From Camelus ferus (lineage: Eukaryota), in assembly GCF_009834535.1 (NCBI RefSeq), contig NC_045696.1:72790001-72854000 (forward strand): a stretch of DNA of 64,000 nt. Reading direction: 5' to 3'. The notes under the pieces were generated by a model that worked only from the letters and a program-made list of their open reading frames with translations, did not search any database and had not been told where the DNA came from. Positions 12,676 through 26,159 of the stretch are shown one piece after another. The position numbers and the translations under genes are program-made. Every line of letters starts with the position of its first letter. The stretch's first letter is position 1.

Positions 12676-14177
12676 ACCAGGTAAGAGAGCCCTGAAGAAG
12701 TGAAGTCCTCCTAAAACCAGCTTGGATGGTCTTAAGCTTTCTGCTTTCCTTAACCTGCCATGATCTTGTAGCAGAATGTGAGAGAGAATATGACTGTAAT
12801 AGAGATAAAACTTGCATGTTTCTAAATTCTTTTAGTGCCACTAGAATTTTGTTTATAATTAGTGTAGTGGTTTTCATTCCTGTCACTAAGAATGGACAAA
12901 CTGAAGATGGTGTGCTCCTCATTCACATATTTAATCTTCTCCCTGGTTTGTTAAATCTCCATTGAATGTATGAAGACCAACCCTTTAAGAGGAAACGCAG
13001 AACCTGGGGTTAATTCCGTGAAATTAATCTAATCTCTGCTCCATGTCTGACATTCTGGATGATTTTACTACCCTTTATCTCTACATAGCTTTTAAGCAAG
13101 AATAACTTTATCTGAATCTGGACTAAATTAATTGATAGTTTAAAAATCTGCCATTTTTTTCTCTGCTCCAAAGGCACAAGATAATGACAATTATCGGTTT
13201 AAATAAGTTCTAATCATTAAAAACAAAAAACTCTGCACTTTTATACTGTCTCCTTATTGCTTGACATTGGACTTTTGTCATGATAGGGCCGACCCTTGGG
13301 CCCTGAGAAAAGAAGACTTCCATTTGAAAATAGAACACTGAATTTAAAATGTCCCTAAGGCTATTCATTTCTACCTTATTCTTCTTGTTAAGGCAAGAGG
13401 GGAATTTCCTCTTCTGTACATCTACTGTAAATAAATCACTACTGGACAGTTGAATCAGCTCCTCCTTACTTCTGCCTTTCTTCAGGAAAAAAAAAACCAT
13501 TTGATTAGTTTTCTTTCTTTTCCAGTGTGGTCCTTGTGGTGAGGCAAGTCCTCCTCAAAGTCACCCTCAAGCCATTCTCCAACTAGCACTCACTTTGGGT
13601 TATTTTCTGTTGCCACCAAGTTTTACAAAGGAACATATGGTTAGGAGGTTGGGGGAACTGATGGAAAACGAGCAAGTTCTTTTCCAAAAGCCACATCCAC
13701 TCTCTCTCCAGCATGCTGCTGTGATGTAAGTCACAATATGGCCCATGGTCCCTCCAGGCTGAGCACAGGAGAGCGAGCCCCGGTGTGGCCTTGGAAAACC
13801 TCATATGTCTGGAGGCCATTCCACCATCAACTTTAAGATCTTGAGCAAGTCATTGAATGCCTCTGAGTTCCAGGTGTTAACTGAAGAGAATACCCTCTGT
13901 CCAGCAGCCCTCGAACACTGGTGAGATTCAAATAAGCTCGCGTGCATGCAGCATGCTCAAAACTGCTAAACCCAGTGTAGTGTTATCGTGGTTTGTGTAG
14001 TTTTGTTTAGGAATTCCAAATCAAACTGAAGTATTAATCAATCTCCCAGCCACCTGCCATCCAACATTCTGGACTCTTATTTGAAGAGTGAGTCCAGATC
14101 CAACCAACCAACCATTCAGTCAGTCTCTCTTTCCTACTCTCTCCCCCTCTCTCCCACTCTCTCCCTCTCTCTCTCAG

Positions 14178-14203
14178 ACACACACACACACACACACACA
14201 CAC
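14178..14203 (+). repeat. (AC)13 microsatellite preceded by an imperfect CT tract
   Basis: Read directly. Confidence 0.95.
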
Positions 14204-14899
14204 CAGGAAGGGAGAGGGGAGAGCATTAAGAGTGTTTCTCTGATCTGAAGGACTTTCCCTTCAGCTTCAGCCACACTCACGTGCCCTCTAGTCTCCAAAC
14301 CACCATCTCAACTACTGGTCCCAGACTCCATCTACAGAAATTTCCTGCTCAGGTATCTCACTCAGCCATCTGAAATGAACCTCTGGTCTCAATCAGCACC
14401 TCCAGTGTTCCCCATTCATCCCTGAAAAGCCTGTCTTTGAAATCTGGCTGCTTTCTGGATGGAGAGGTGCTGCGCCCCGGGGAGGTCTCCTCTGTCCCCC
14501 TTTCTCGCAAAGACCCATTTCTTTGCCTGGGTCTCTAACCCATAATTTCTCCTCAGAGACATTAGTTAGAATATTAGCACATCTGCATCTAATTAAAATT
14601 CCACTTTTCTCTTCCCTGAGTTTCCTGAAAACACCCAGACACCACAGTGATTTTTGGAGAGTTTACTGCAAACAAATATTGCCCCAGTTTGCTCCCAGCT
14701 TCTGTCCACTGAAGCAGCCCTTCAGATTGCTGGGTCACAAGCCTTTAAGATGATTGCCAAATCTTCATGTCAAGAAGGATTGTGCTCTCAGGAATTGTTC
14801 TGCTTTTGTCTCACTGACGCATGAATTATGCCATTAATCAAATTTTTCTATTCATTTTAGTGGCAAGGAAGCTTAGACCGAATTTCCTCACAACCTCCA

Positions 14900-15305
14900 G
14901 GCTATGGACTGAATTGTGTCCCCCACCACCAAGTTCATATGTTGAAGCCTAACCCCCAGTACCTCAGAACGTGACTATGTTTGGAGATAGGGCTGCTAAA
15001 GAGGTGATTAAGTTCTAATAAAGCCCTGGGGGTTGGTCCTAATCCAATCTGACTGCTGTCCTTACAAGAAGACATTAGGACATGTAGAGACACCAGGGGT
15101 GCCGTGCACAGGGGAGAGACCATGTGAGGACAGAGCAAGAAGGTGTTATCTGCAGGCCAAGGAGAGGGGTCTCAGAGGAGACCAGCCCTGCTGACACCTT
15201 AATCTCGGACTTCCAGCCTCTAGAATTGTGAAGAGAATAAATTTCTGTTGTTTGAACCAACCAGTCTATGGTCCTTTGTTATGGCAGCTTTAACAAATTA
15301 ATACA
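14900..15305 (+). mobile_element. MaLR LTR (MLT1B/C-like), near full length
   Basis: Starts 'gctatggactgaattgtgtccccc...ttcatatgttgaagcctaacccccagtacctcagaacgtgac', contains 'ggacttccagcctctagaattgtga...aataaatttctgttg', ends 'taataca'. Confidence 0.9.
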
Positions 15306-15930
15306 GATTTGGTTCTAAGAAGTGGGGCACTGCTGTAACAAATACCGGAAAGTGTGGCAGTCACTCTGAAACTGGATAAGGGGGAGAAGCTGGAAGAGTT
15401 TGGAGGTGTATGTGGGAAAAATGCAGGATTACCTTGAAGAGATCATTGGCAGACATGAACATTAAAGGTGATTGTGGTGAGGTCTCAGACAGAAATAAGG
15501 ACCATGTTATTGAACACTGGAAGGAAGGCGATTCTGGTTATAAAGTGGCAAAGAACTTGGCTACACTGTGGTCAAATGTGTTGGATTTGTGAGTGATGAA
15601 CTTGGCTAATTTAGCTGAAGAGATTTCTAAGCCAAGTGTTGATGTTGAGGTTTGGATTGTGGTTACTGTTTACAGTAAAATGCTAAAGGAGAGAGAGATG
15701 GAAGGAATTGTTCAGCAAAAAGGAACCAGAACTTGAAGATTTGGAAAACTAGCTTATTTCTACTGCAAAAATCTGAGAAAGCCTGTTTTGGAGAGAACAC
15801 CCAGGGTGCTACTGAATAACCACTCCGTAAAAAGACTAAGGGTGTGACTTATGCATCCACTCAGCAGAAGCCGATAACAGAGATGGGATATACCAATGGG
15901 AACTGCCAGCTTGTGCAAAATGAAGACAAA
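15306..15930 (+). mobile_element. MaLR internal region (MLT1-int)
   Basis: Follows the LTR directly with 'gatttggttctaagaagtggggcactgctgtaacaaatacc'; contains 'tataaagtggcaaagaacttggct' and 'ttagctgaagagatttctaagc', typical of MLT-int. Confidence 0.85.
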
Positions 15931-15944
15931 ATGAAGACAAACTG

Positions 15945-16112
15945 TTGGGCTTGAACTGCAGCATCAGCTCTTCCCTAGCTCTCCTGCCAGCCTGCCCTGC
16001 AGATTTTGGACTCAACCTCCATAGTCACGTTAGCCAACACACACACACACACGCTCACATGCTCACACTCACACTGTTGGTTTTATTTCTCTGGACAACC
16101 TCGACTAATACA
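15945..16112 (+). mobile_element. MLT2 (ERVL)-like LTR 3' fragment
   Basis: 'ctgccctgcagattttggactcaacctccatagtcacgttagccaa...ctgttggttttatttctctggacaacctcgactaataca' matches the MLT2 3' terminus. Confidence 0.7.
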
Positions 16113-16146
16113 CCCCACCCTTAGCAAGTATAGAGATCTATATTTT

Positions 16147-16226
16147 TTTCTTTCTAATTTTTTTTATTGAAGTATAGTCAGTTCCAGTGTGTCAGTTTCT
16201 GGTGTACAGCATAATAATGTTCCAGT

Positions 16227-16286
<60 letters not shown>

Positions 16287-16552
16287 TTCGTTTTCATATT
16301 ATTTTTCATTAAAAGTTATCACAAGATATTGAATATAGCTCCCTGTGCTATACAGAAGAAATTTGTTTTTTATCTAGTTATATATATAGCGGTTAACATT
16401 TACAAATCTCAAACTCCCAAATTTATCCCTTCCCATCCCCTTTCCCCCATAATCATAAGGTTGTTTACTATGTCTGCAAGTCTGTTTCTGTTTTGTAGAT
16501 GAGTTCCTTAGTGTCCTCTTTTTTCTTTTTTCTTTTTTTTTTGATCCACATA
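16147..16552 (-). mobile_element. 5'-truncated lineage L1 3' UTR with internal (TA)24 and TSD
   Basis: 'ttttttattgaagtatagtcagtt...tttctggtgtacagcat...cacaagatattgaatatagctccctgtgctatac'; TSD atctatatttt (16136-16146) / atctatactttt (16553-16564). Confidence 0.85.
16231..16278 (+). repeat. (TA)24 microsatellite
   Basis: Read directly; lies inside the L1 3' UTR. Confidence 0.97.
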
Positions 16553-18397
16553 ATCTATACTTTTATCCTGGCCTGATTCCTGTTTTGTATTTTTGATATG
16601 TCTGTATCTTTGTTTTATTGCATTTCTTCTCACCTACGTTTAATATAACTTACTGCATTCTGTGTAATTGTGTGAGCTAATTCATATCCTCTGGGATAAA
16701 AAGGCTGTTATCAAACGATGAACAAAGTACTCCTTGAACATTATCACTCTCTTCTCAGGTTTCTAGTCTTTACTACAATGAACAGATAATGCCAGGAACT
16801 CTGGTATATGTGAAGTAAGTGTGAAACTTTTTGCTCAGCTTTTTGTAAGATATATTTGGACTCTCTATATCAAGTGTCCTATTGTCATCTTTATAAGTAA
16901 AAGATTAACACCTGGTGCCAGACTGATTACGATTTTAAAATATCTTAGGAACTGGCTTCTAATTGCCATTATTTATAGGAAAATAAAAGTCAAGCTTTTT
17001 TCATAAGAAGTATAAGATGTCAGTGTTGTGAAAATCACAAAGGAAATGAGAGAGTCATGTCAGTAGGTGAAATAAGGAAGAGGAAGGGTATGAGAAACAG
17101 GCTTTTGGAGGAAGTTTGCAGGAGAGTGAAGTTCACAGGCTCCGTATGTCTGTTGAGAGGCCCAAAGCTCTGAAATCCCAGAGGGACACCATAGGCAGCC
17201 CTCCTTACAGAGAAAGTCCAGCCACCAGAGCTGCCTGGGCAGGCTGCCTCATGTCAGTGTTTGTGAACAGCACACACATAACGGATTGTCACATGAATTT
17301 GTTCCCAAGGTACTTGTGAAGTAATGTAAAAATACTCCTCAGAGCATCAGCTATTGCTGATTTCTAATAATAACCCAGCCGTTAGAGTGTTCCAAAAAAA
17401 GTTACTATCAAGGCATGTAGCATGAAAAAGATACCCTTCTTTAAAAACTAGTATTGGCTCACAGAAATGTTCTGATAATTTACCCTTGGCAAAAGGGAGC
17501 AGGATGGCTACTGCTATAAACTTCAAAATAGTTTTGTCTTAAACCACATGTGATCTTTAAATAGGGGAACAGGCCGGGGGAGCCACACCCAAGCAGATTT
17601 TGTGAAGGTGCAGTGCTTTCTTTTTCCAATATTTCTCTAGAGTTTTCAACCTCATTGTATGTGATAATTCCTCCCTGACTGTATTATACTAAACCATGTT
17701 CTTTTCTTGCCTCCAGCTGTGGTAATGGGAAATAAACAAGGCTGATATTTACAACTCCATTTTCTTACTGACTGAAAAATTCTGTGATTTTCTTCCCTGA
17801 TTGGATTCACACAATTACTGGTTTGCTATTTTCCAAGCTATTGAGCTCAGGTTGCAACTAGACCAGAATTCGACAGCCAGGGTTGCTCACTGGAACGAAC
17901 CTTCCTGTGGCATAATTCCCACATTATCGTCACTGATTTCCAATAGTAAAGGGCAACCTAATTTCCAGATTTTAGAGCTCACTTACATATGTTTATCACA
18001 CCTAATGTGGAAGGCTTATTTGAAAAATAACTGCAAGGCAATAAGCAGATATTTGTTCATGCATGTGTCATCCAAATAGCCCTCGGGATGTTTTTGCTTA
18101 TTCCAAAAATGGAAAACTATATGAATCTCCACATATTTAATTCTGAGGCTTTGGTATGATAATTTTAGGCAAAGGGATGATTTGGCACCAGTGTAGAGTT
18201 TTGACATACCATTACGTCATCCTGTGATATACAGAAAACTTGTATTCAGTGCTATAGACAAGAGCCGGCTACAATATTTGCAAAGATGGTTTTTGTCAAT
18301 CTGTAGTAAAAGGGTGCTATTCTTCAAACTTGCCATTTACTCTGGGGTTAAGAGAGAAACTTCAGGAAGACTTCCAGGTGGCCAGAATTATGAGGCA

Positions 18398-18400
<3 letters not shown>

Positions 18401-18446
<46 letters not shown>
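18401..18446 (+). repeat. (GT)23 microsatellite
   Basis: Read directly. Confidence 0.97.
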
Positions 18447-18448
<2 letters not shown>

Positions 18449-21400
18449 ATGAATGCACAAGAGTTTGGAGATCAAATGAGTTAATGTTGTGAAATAGATA
18501 TACATCTCTTCTCTGCCAGCAGATTGACATCAAAATCTAGGAAAAAATTAGCTTGAAATGAGGGGCTAAGTTGCAAATAGAAATGAATCCGAGTTGCCAT
18601 CTCCACAACTCACACGGAATTGTCAAATCTTGTTTGGTCCGCTGGACACGGGAGTACATGGTGCACTTTTGTTGGTGTTACTGGGCAGCTTTGTTTAAGG
18701 ATTCTGAGAATCTGTCCAGTATCCTTTGAAGTACTGAGTTGCATCAGTTCATCTCAAAGATCACTTGTGTCTAGTGGCAAAAGGTCCAGAAGTCAATGTC
18801 TGATATATGTAACTTTAAACTTGCAAAAGAAGTGAATTGTATTCATTCTGGGGCTCACCTTGGGGTCTATAAATGCTTTCATATGCTCTTGAATCAGTAT
18901 GATTGTCTAATATCTTCAGTGACTAGACTGAGAAAACCAGCAAAACTGTTACAGAAAACATTTAATACTCATCTTTTTACTTTGTTTAGTGTGCTACAGA
19001 GTGAACTCTGAAATGTACTTAATACAATATTAAGAGTTGTCTGATATATTTAGAATCCTCACCCCCTTTTTAAAGCTTTCATGACATGTGTTCTTCTTAC
19101 CACTTTCTTTTAAGCCCCCATCCTTCATTTCCACATGCCTGACACTTAAAATTTAAATCTTAAGCCATTGCTTTCCACAAAGTTCAAGATTTAAAAAAAA
19201 TCTCTTTTACATTCTTCAGTAAAAAAAAAAAAAACACCACTAGCAACAATGGTTTTGCCATTTACACACAATAAAATCTCCTAAAAAGCAATATTTCCCC
19301 AAATGCACAAAATTGAAAACCATAATTTCTGAATTGATGGCGTTCCCTTCAACTCTCGTAGTTTTGAATGTGTTGCTCACTCTGCATTTTCAAAGCTTTT
19401 GGTTCAGCTGCCAAAAAAAATGCATTGAAAAAATAAATCCTTTTTATAAGCCCCCTTAGGCTCCATCATGAGTCACTTGAAACAGAATCAAATTTCCCTG
19501 AGAGTGTATTTTTCCATTGTTATAGGGGAAAATGGATAAAATAAGAAATCAGAGAGGGAAATCAAAATAACTAAAATTAGCTTTATGAAACCATACATTT
19601 TTAGAATGCATTTCCAAAAACTTTTCAAGAAGCATCCATTCTTCACTTTTCAATTTTATGAGAAAGAGTAGCTCTAATATATTCCTCACATGCCTTCATA
19701 ACTTGAAGGTGTTATTAACAGTATTGTTTTCTCTGTCAGACTTTCTGCCATCCAAATTCTTTACTCTGTGCTCATTGTGGGATGACGGTGTATCTTGAAT
19801 GAAGAAGATTTAGAATCTGCAACTACCATTTATACTAAAAAATTTGGTCTATACTTGTGGGATCTGACAAGTAACTATGAATAAACATCTCCTTGGGGCA
19901 GGAAGTGTATTTTATCTATAACTGTATCCTTCTTCCTAACTTTAAGCCCAGTACCAGACTCATAGCAAGCCCTCAGCAGATACTGATGAATGAATAAATC
20001 CATCTTGTTTTTATTTATAACTGCGTATTAGACATTTTAACCTAATTATTAGAGCTATCCTTGTACTTCAACTACATGCATTTCTACATATATTTATATT
20101 TCTTCTCCAAGATTTGACACAGATTTCACTTTTTTGAGTTGGGATTAAATTCAAAAGTTGAAAAATCCTTGGAATACACTATGGTTTTAAAGGAAGACAT
20201 CTCCTCAGGCAATTTCCCAAGTCTTTACAGTGAAAGTTTTCATCCAGACATTACCAGACCTTTTATAAACCCTGACATGGTACTCTCCTGTGTCAATTTT
20301 CATGCTTCATCATGAGAACAAGATGGGTGATGTTATTAAAGAACTTTCTGTTAATTCATAAGCTCTGAAAGCTATTGGGTCCCAAATATCATGATATCAT
20401 CACTAAAATCTTGCTTTTTGATCTACAGTACATTTTATAATGAATCTGCACAGAATGAAAGATAAGCATTAAGATCATGTCATTTTGAATTTAAAAAAAA
20501 CTAAGAAGTTAAACTAAGATAATCTAACATTTTTCTTTGGAGCAATTATAGCCAAATGCAAAGTATGACAGTCACATGGATCAAACTGTCCAAGAACAAT
20601 ATATATAGCAACACCAAGAAAAATGAAATAGAATCATGGAAAGCTCAAATAATTGTTTCAATAAGGAAAGGCATTTTGATATTGACAAACAAACAAAAAC
20701 TCTGTTGGGTAACAAAGGCTTTAAGGTTGATTTTTGTGGTTTTTTCCCTTTGCTTTCATGTATTAGATTCCCTGAATAACAAAACTAATATCTTATTAAT
20801 AGGAAACCACTAATGCCATAATGAGTGTTATGAAGTATTAAAATCATTATCCACTGAGATAATGCTAGATGATCACTAAGCGGAGTGACTGCTTCAGTCT
20901 GAATTGACAGTGTGCTTAGTACCTCCATTTGGGAAGATTGGTCCCAAGTGGTTAGGGTCTATTTTTATAGTATGTTTCCATGACAAAACCCCTAAGTAGG
21001 CAGAAATGACCATCTTAATTTTATCTCTTAAGGAAATGATATGCAAAAAGCATGGTGCATTCACCGGAGCTTCATAGTACCAGAAGAAAAATAAAATTCA
21101 GTTAGGATGGTTATATGGTTCAAGAAAATAGGCAGATTTTGTTTTTTTTCATTCTGTTTTAGTCTTGCAGCTATGTAGACAGTTTAAGGCACATCACTGC
21201 CACTTGAATTTAGAAATTGGACCACATAAATGCAAGCTTCCAGAAATCCTGAGTGCTCTGTCCATGTAAAGAATAATTAGCATCTTTTATTACTACTAAT
21301 AATTGATTAGCATCATTGATACCTCTCAACAGACCTTGACGCTGCCTTTCAGGTCAGTAGAAGAATCATGTAAGAGCCAGCTCAGCCTTGTCTTACTGGT

Positions 21401-22641
21401 TTCCCCCATCTCTCCAGGTAAAATGATCCTTTGTCCACTTAGCTCTAAAATCTTGGGCCCCGGGAAATCAGCAAGTGAGGGACAACTGTGACCCTTGAAG
21501 CTGATAAGTTTTGCCTGTATACAAATTTCAGAGAACACTACCTGCTCCCCGATACCGCCTTAAACATTACATGTGTGTGTGTACACGATTTTAAAAGTGG
21601 CTTAAAAAAGTGAGTTCATGTTATTGCTCTTCTTATACTCACAAGTAATTCACATCATATTTTATATTTAAGTATTTTAAAGATTCTAATATATTAAAAC
21701 TTTTTAAAGCATATTATAAAAATTAAATATCAACTTCTATTCTGAAATCACTTATGCTTCAGTGAAAATGGGCACGTTTCTCCGCTCCAATTTGAAACTG
21801 TGTGATTACAGCAGGAGAATGACATAATCGAACCAGTTATCTGGGAAAGTTCAGGCCAAAGTTGCTTTTTTCTCAATTCTCAGAACTCATCCCATTAGGA
21901 AAACCTGTTTTCTTTCTTATTATATATCACAGAGCCTCTCGAAAAAATATAGAGAGAAAAAAATCATAAATTCTTTAGGTATTTCCTGAATGTTATTCAG
22001 AAAAACCTTATGTCAGTGTGTATTAATTAGAAATTGGTGCTTCGTTCTCACAATAAACACTGTTCAATAGATGACACAAAATACTATTGGTCATAAAATG
22101 GATTCTGGAATTGTAAACATTTCAGTTTGGATTTTTTTTTTTTCCGGTAGAAAGTGTTCTCTGCAATTGCTCAGAAATCAGAACTGAGAAGGAGGCTAAG
22201 CTCCTTGCTGAATACTTCCAAGTATTGGATTAACAGGTAAAATGAGAATCACACTTTCAACAACTGCTGAGCGTGTGAGAACACGTGGCTACATCCCCAA
22301 GGCTCTGAGTGATGTAGGTTTTACCACTTCCTTTTACGGTGTAACTTCATATTTTTGACACGAGAAAAATAAACCCCTAACAAAAACCATTTGCTTTTAA
22401 GCAAATCCAGTCTATTTTGAGAGATTTGTGCTGGTGTCTAACATCTGACTGACTATAAATGACAATAACAACTTTGGTTAATTTCTTTCTCCCTCCAAGA
22501 TTCTGCCATGAGGCTCACACATTCTAAAGGCACCTGAATGCATTGTGATACTATGTCTTTAGCTGCCAACCTATATTTAACCAAGTACATATTTTATGTA
22601 ACTGGCTGAAAGTACTGGGCTCAAGGCACCCACCTTGTTAA

Positions 22642-22772
22642 CCTTTTTTCTTTCTCCTCGCCTCCTCCCTTCTTCCCTCTCTTTCACCCTTTTTCCCTCC
22701 TTCCTTCTTTCCTTCCTTCCTTCTTCTCCTCCCTCTGCCTCCTCCTTCTCCCCCACCTTTTTCTTTTTTTCC
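22642..22772 (+). repeat. Polypyrimidine low-complexity tract (CT/CCTT-rich)
   Basis: About 130 nt almost entirely C/T. Confidence 0.85.
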
Positions 22773-23015
22773 AACTCTTAGTAAAAGGTCATTATCCCTG
22801 TCTAGACTTTTCTCGTAATAGTCTGTGCCTTTCAGAAAAAATGTTATGTTGAAGTACTAGGCCCAATAGTATTCCCTTTGGTCTCTGATTTCTCTGCTTT
22901 CTGGCACTCCGCTCTTATGTGAAAGATTTTAAATAACCATATGCTTTCTATACATTTTTTTTGCAAGGTGGTTTTGGTCCATTTGAACCTGTTGAATTTA
23001 AAATATCCTTGGCAG

Positions 23016-23685
23016 AGAGGGGAGAGGGGTTGGTGGAGGAAAGAAACAGGTGAGGGAGATTAAGAGGTACAAACTTCCAGTTGCAAAATAAATGAGTCAC
23101 AGGTATGCAATGTACAGTGTGGGGAATACAGTGAACAACTATGTAATATCTTTGTAAGATCTTAACTAGACTTATTGTGGTTATCAGTTTGAAATGTATA
23201 GAAATATTGAATCACTGTATTGTGTAACAGGAGCTAACAAAGTGTTGTAGGTCATTTATATTTCAAAAACAAACAAACAAATAAATAATCAAGCATAGAA
23301 AAAGAGATCAGACTTGTGGTTACCAGGGCAGGAGTGGAGGGATGGTGGGAGGAAGGGAATTGGATGAAGGTGGTCAAAAGATACAAACTTTCAGTTATAA
23401 GATAATTAAGTATAAGATAATTAAGTACAACATGATAAATATAATTAATACTGTTGTATGTTATATATGAAAGTTGTTAAGAGAGTAAATCCTAAGACTT
23501 CTTACCACAAGGAAAAAATTTTTTTCTATTTCTTTCATTTTGTATCTGTGTGTTGATGGATGTTCACTAAATTTATTGTGATAATCGTTTTCTGATGTAT
23601 GCAAGTCAAATCATTATGCTGTACACCTTATACAGTGCTGTCTGTCAATTACATCTCAATAAAACTGGAAGTAAAGAAATAAAAT
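23016..23685 (+). mobile_element. 5'-truncated L1 (L1MA9-like) 3' end with TSD
   Basis: 'gagggagattaagaggtacaaacttccagttgcaaaataaatgagtcac', 'aaatcattatgctgtacacctta...tcaataaaactggaa' and A tail; TSD taaaatatccttggcag (22999-23015) / taaaatattcttggcag (23685-23701). Confidence 0.9.
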
Positions 23686-24509
23686 AAAATATTCTTGGCA
23701 GGAATATATGAATTTATTTTTCAGATGGAGTCTAGCTAACTAGATGGAGGAAAATGGGACTGAGACCCTTTCGGGGGTGGGGAACGCAGGGAGGGCTTTG
23801 CCCAGACTGCAGGAGGTAATGATGTGGAGGAGCGAGAAACAGGAGGCAGGGTGCCAGCACTTTTTCAGTAGCCTCAGTCACTCTGTGGCTTTAGCCATTT
23901 CTCTGTTCTGCTCACATTGTTTATTGTGTGTCCTCGCATTTTCACATTACCAGGTTCTACTCATGTGCTGCCATTAAAGCCATCCTCAACACCCATCAAG
24001 AAACCAGAGGGATGGCTGAACCCATCAAAAAGTCTTGGTGGGTAGATGGGCACTGACTCAAGATCAGAGTCACTTGTTCTCACACTGGAGTTGTAAGTGG
24101 TGCTTGCACCCTTTTGCCATGTGAAAGAAAAGAGAGTCATCTAGATAGTCAGAATGTCCTTAACCTCCCATCCCACCCGGGCTGCTGTGTCAGGGCCTAG
24201 AAATTGCAACACCATTCATTGTGCTGTATGTCTTATAATTAAGGTGACCAGGCATTCAGTATTGTCTGCTAGTTCCAATTTAAAATGTTTTATTCTGTGT
24301 CTCCAGAAGTATATTTATGATTCACATTTCAAAACACACACACAAAAAAACACATGTTAGCTCTTGAAATTGAATAGTGTTATAATATGAAAAAGTCCTC
24401 TTCCTTGAGGAACAACTGGGGATTCGTTTCCGGTCCTTCTGTTGGAACTGTCCTGAACTTCCCCAGGGATGGGGAAGCCCAGTGGAATCAAGATGATCGT
24501 ATAATGATT

Positions 24510-24710
24510 AGGAGCATCATCTTAGAATTGGACAGACCCAGGTTCAAATCTCCACTTTTCCACTTACTATTGTATAAACTTGGCCTTGTTGCTTACTCTC
24601 TGAGCCTTAGTTTGTGGAGCTGTTCATTGGGAATAACTACCTCTGCCCTAGGGGCTTACTGTGGTCGTTCAATAAGGAAACGGATATAAAGAACAGTGTC
24701 TCTCACACAT
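24510..24710 (+). mobile_element. MIR SINE
   Basis: 'gacagacccaggttcaaatctccacttttccacttactattgt...ctctctgagccttagttt'. Confidence 0.75.
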
Positions 24711-26159
24711 TCATTGCAAATTTAGAGCCATAATATATTTGCTGGAGAGAAAAAATTTTGAATTTATGAAGAACTTAAAAGGCCTATTCACCAAAGAATA
24801 TGACAGAAATTCTCAGGCAGCTTCATGCAATCTCATTAAAAAAGGAGTCTCTTCCCAACTCCGTCATCGCCGCTACCACCTTATTCAGGTGAAATGCAGG
24901 GGAATTACCACCTTATTTAGAAGAAATTGAATGTTTTAACCCCATTCAGTCCTCTGGCCTTTCTAGGCCAATGCTAACAAAAGTGCCCCTTTCTTACAAA
25001 CACGAATGTTGAGCCACAGGCAAATGTTCTGTGGTGGTTGGCAGTCTCAGACAGAGGTAATATGCTGTTTCTCCAGAGGGTTAAATCCTCAATAGCCTGT
25101 TAATCCCACCTCCCCCACCCATACATGTCTTGTAACTAATCCCAACCCCTGGTAGTTACAGACATATTCCTATCAAAAACTCTTTATGAATTTGGACCTA
25201 GGCGGCTAGCATCACCCCACATTGAAATCTCGTCCACAGATGCCTTCTGTGCAGAAGCGAAGCCTTTACAGAGTGTTTCAATAGCCGAAGGGCTCACTGT
25301 CATGCTTGTTAGCGTCTTGCTCCAGTACACAGAAAAATTGATTCTTTTTGCAGGTCAAATTATTTTTGTATTTCTCTTTTTTCATGCACAGTAACTCCAT
25401 TCTTTTACCTGGTCAGTTCCTTTAAGAAAGATTCAGTTAGGGGAGCTGCATCTTATTATCTTCTGCCACCAATGCATGGTGCAAAGACAGTTTAATTCTT
25501 AAAGAGAGAATCATTTAAGTGTGACCTATTGTGTTAGGCTGGATGCTTTTCATATTAAGCACCGGGAGTTAAAGAGGTCTTTAATTTGTCTAAACCGCCT
25601 TGATAATTTGCATTGAACTTGAAGTGCCCACTGCCTTTTCCAATCAGCTTGACTATTCCCAGATCTTCTAAGGTGAATTGTAAATAATACAAAATCTTTA
25701 GCTAAGGTCTCTAAAAGGCATGCTTAGACTAATACAATGGCTCACAGGAAGACTGTCACATGGCCAAGATGGCTTCCCCAAATTGTACACTAGTTGCTTG
25801 GAAAACATTCCACCTAACTAGGACTCTCAGAACTTAACTTTGGCACTGATCCATGTTCATCCATTAACGGTGTTACTGAGGTTGCCCAAATATGTCCAAT
25901 GTGATCCTAGAACTCTGGCTTACAGAGTACAGGTCTGAGGCAATTCCACAGTCTCTTGCTGGCTAGATTTGTTATTACCAGCTCCAAAAAGAAAACAATG
26001 AAACCCATATAGAAAAACAGTGTTAGAGATGTGATTGATAATAGATGTAGAATCTACCTGCCCACAGGCCATAACTAGCCCTTTGAAATGTAAGAAGGTG
26101 AGCAGAAAGACATAATACATATATAAATTAATATAATATTACATAACAGACATAAAAAT

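Noticed and set aside
12329..12922. 197-aa minus-strand ORF
   Set aside because: Runs antisense through an LTR33-like fragment; no protein resemblance
14281..14296. CTCF-like motif (minus strand GACTAGAGGGCAC)
   Set aside because: Lacks the 5' CC of the core; a single partial motif is expected by chance in 64 kb
22577..22774. E/K/R-rich 65-aa ORF
   Set aside because: Translation artefact of the polypurine/polypyrimidine tract
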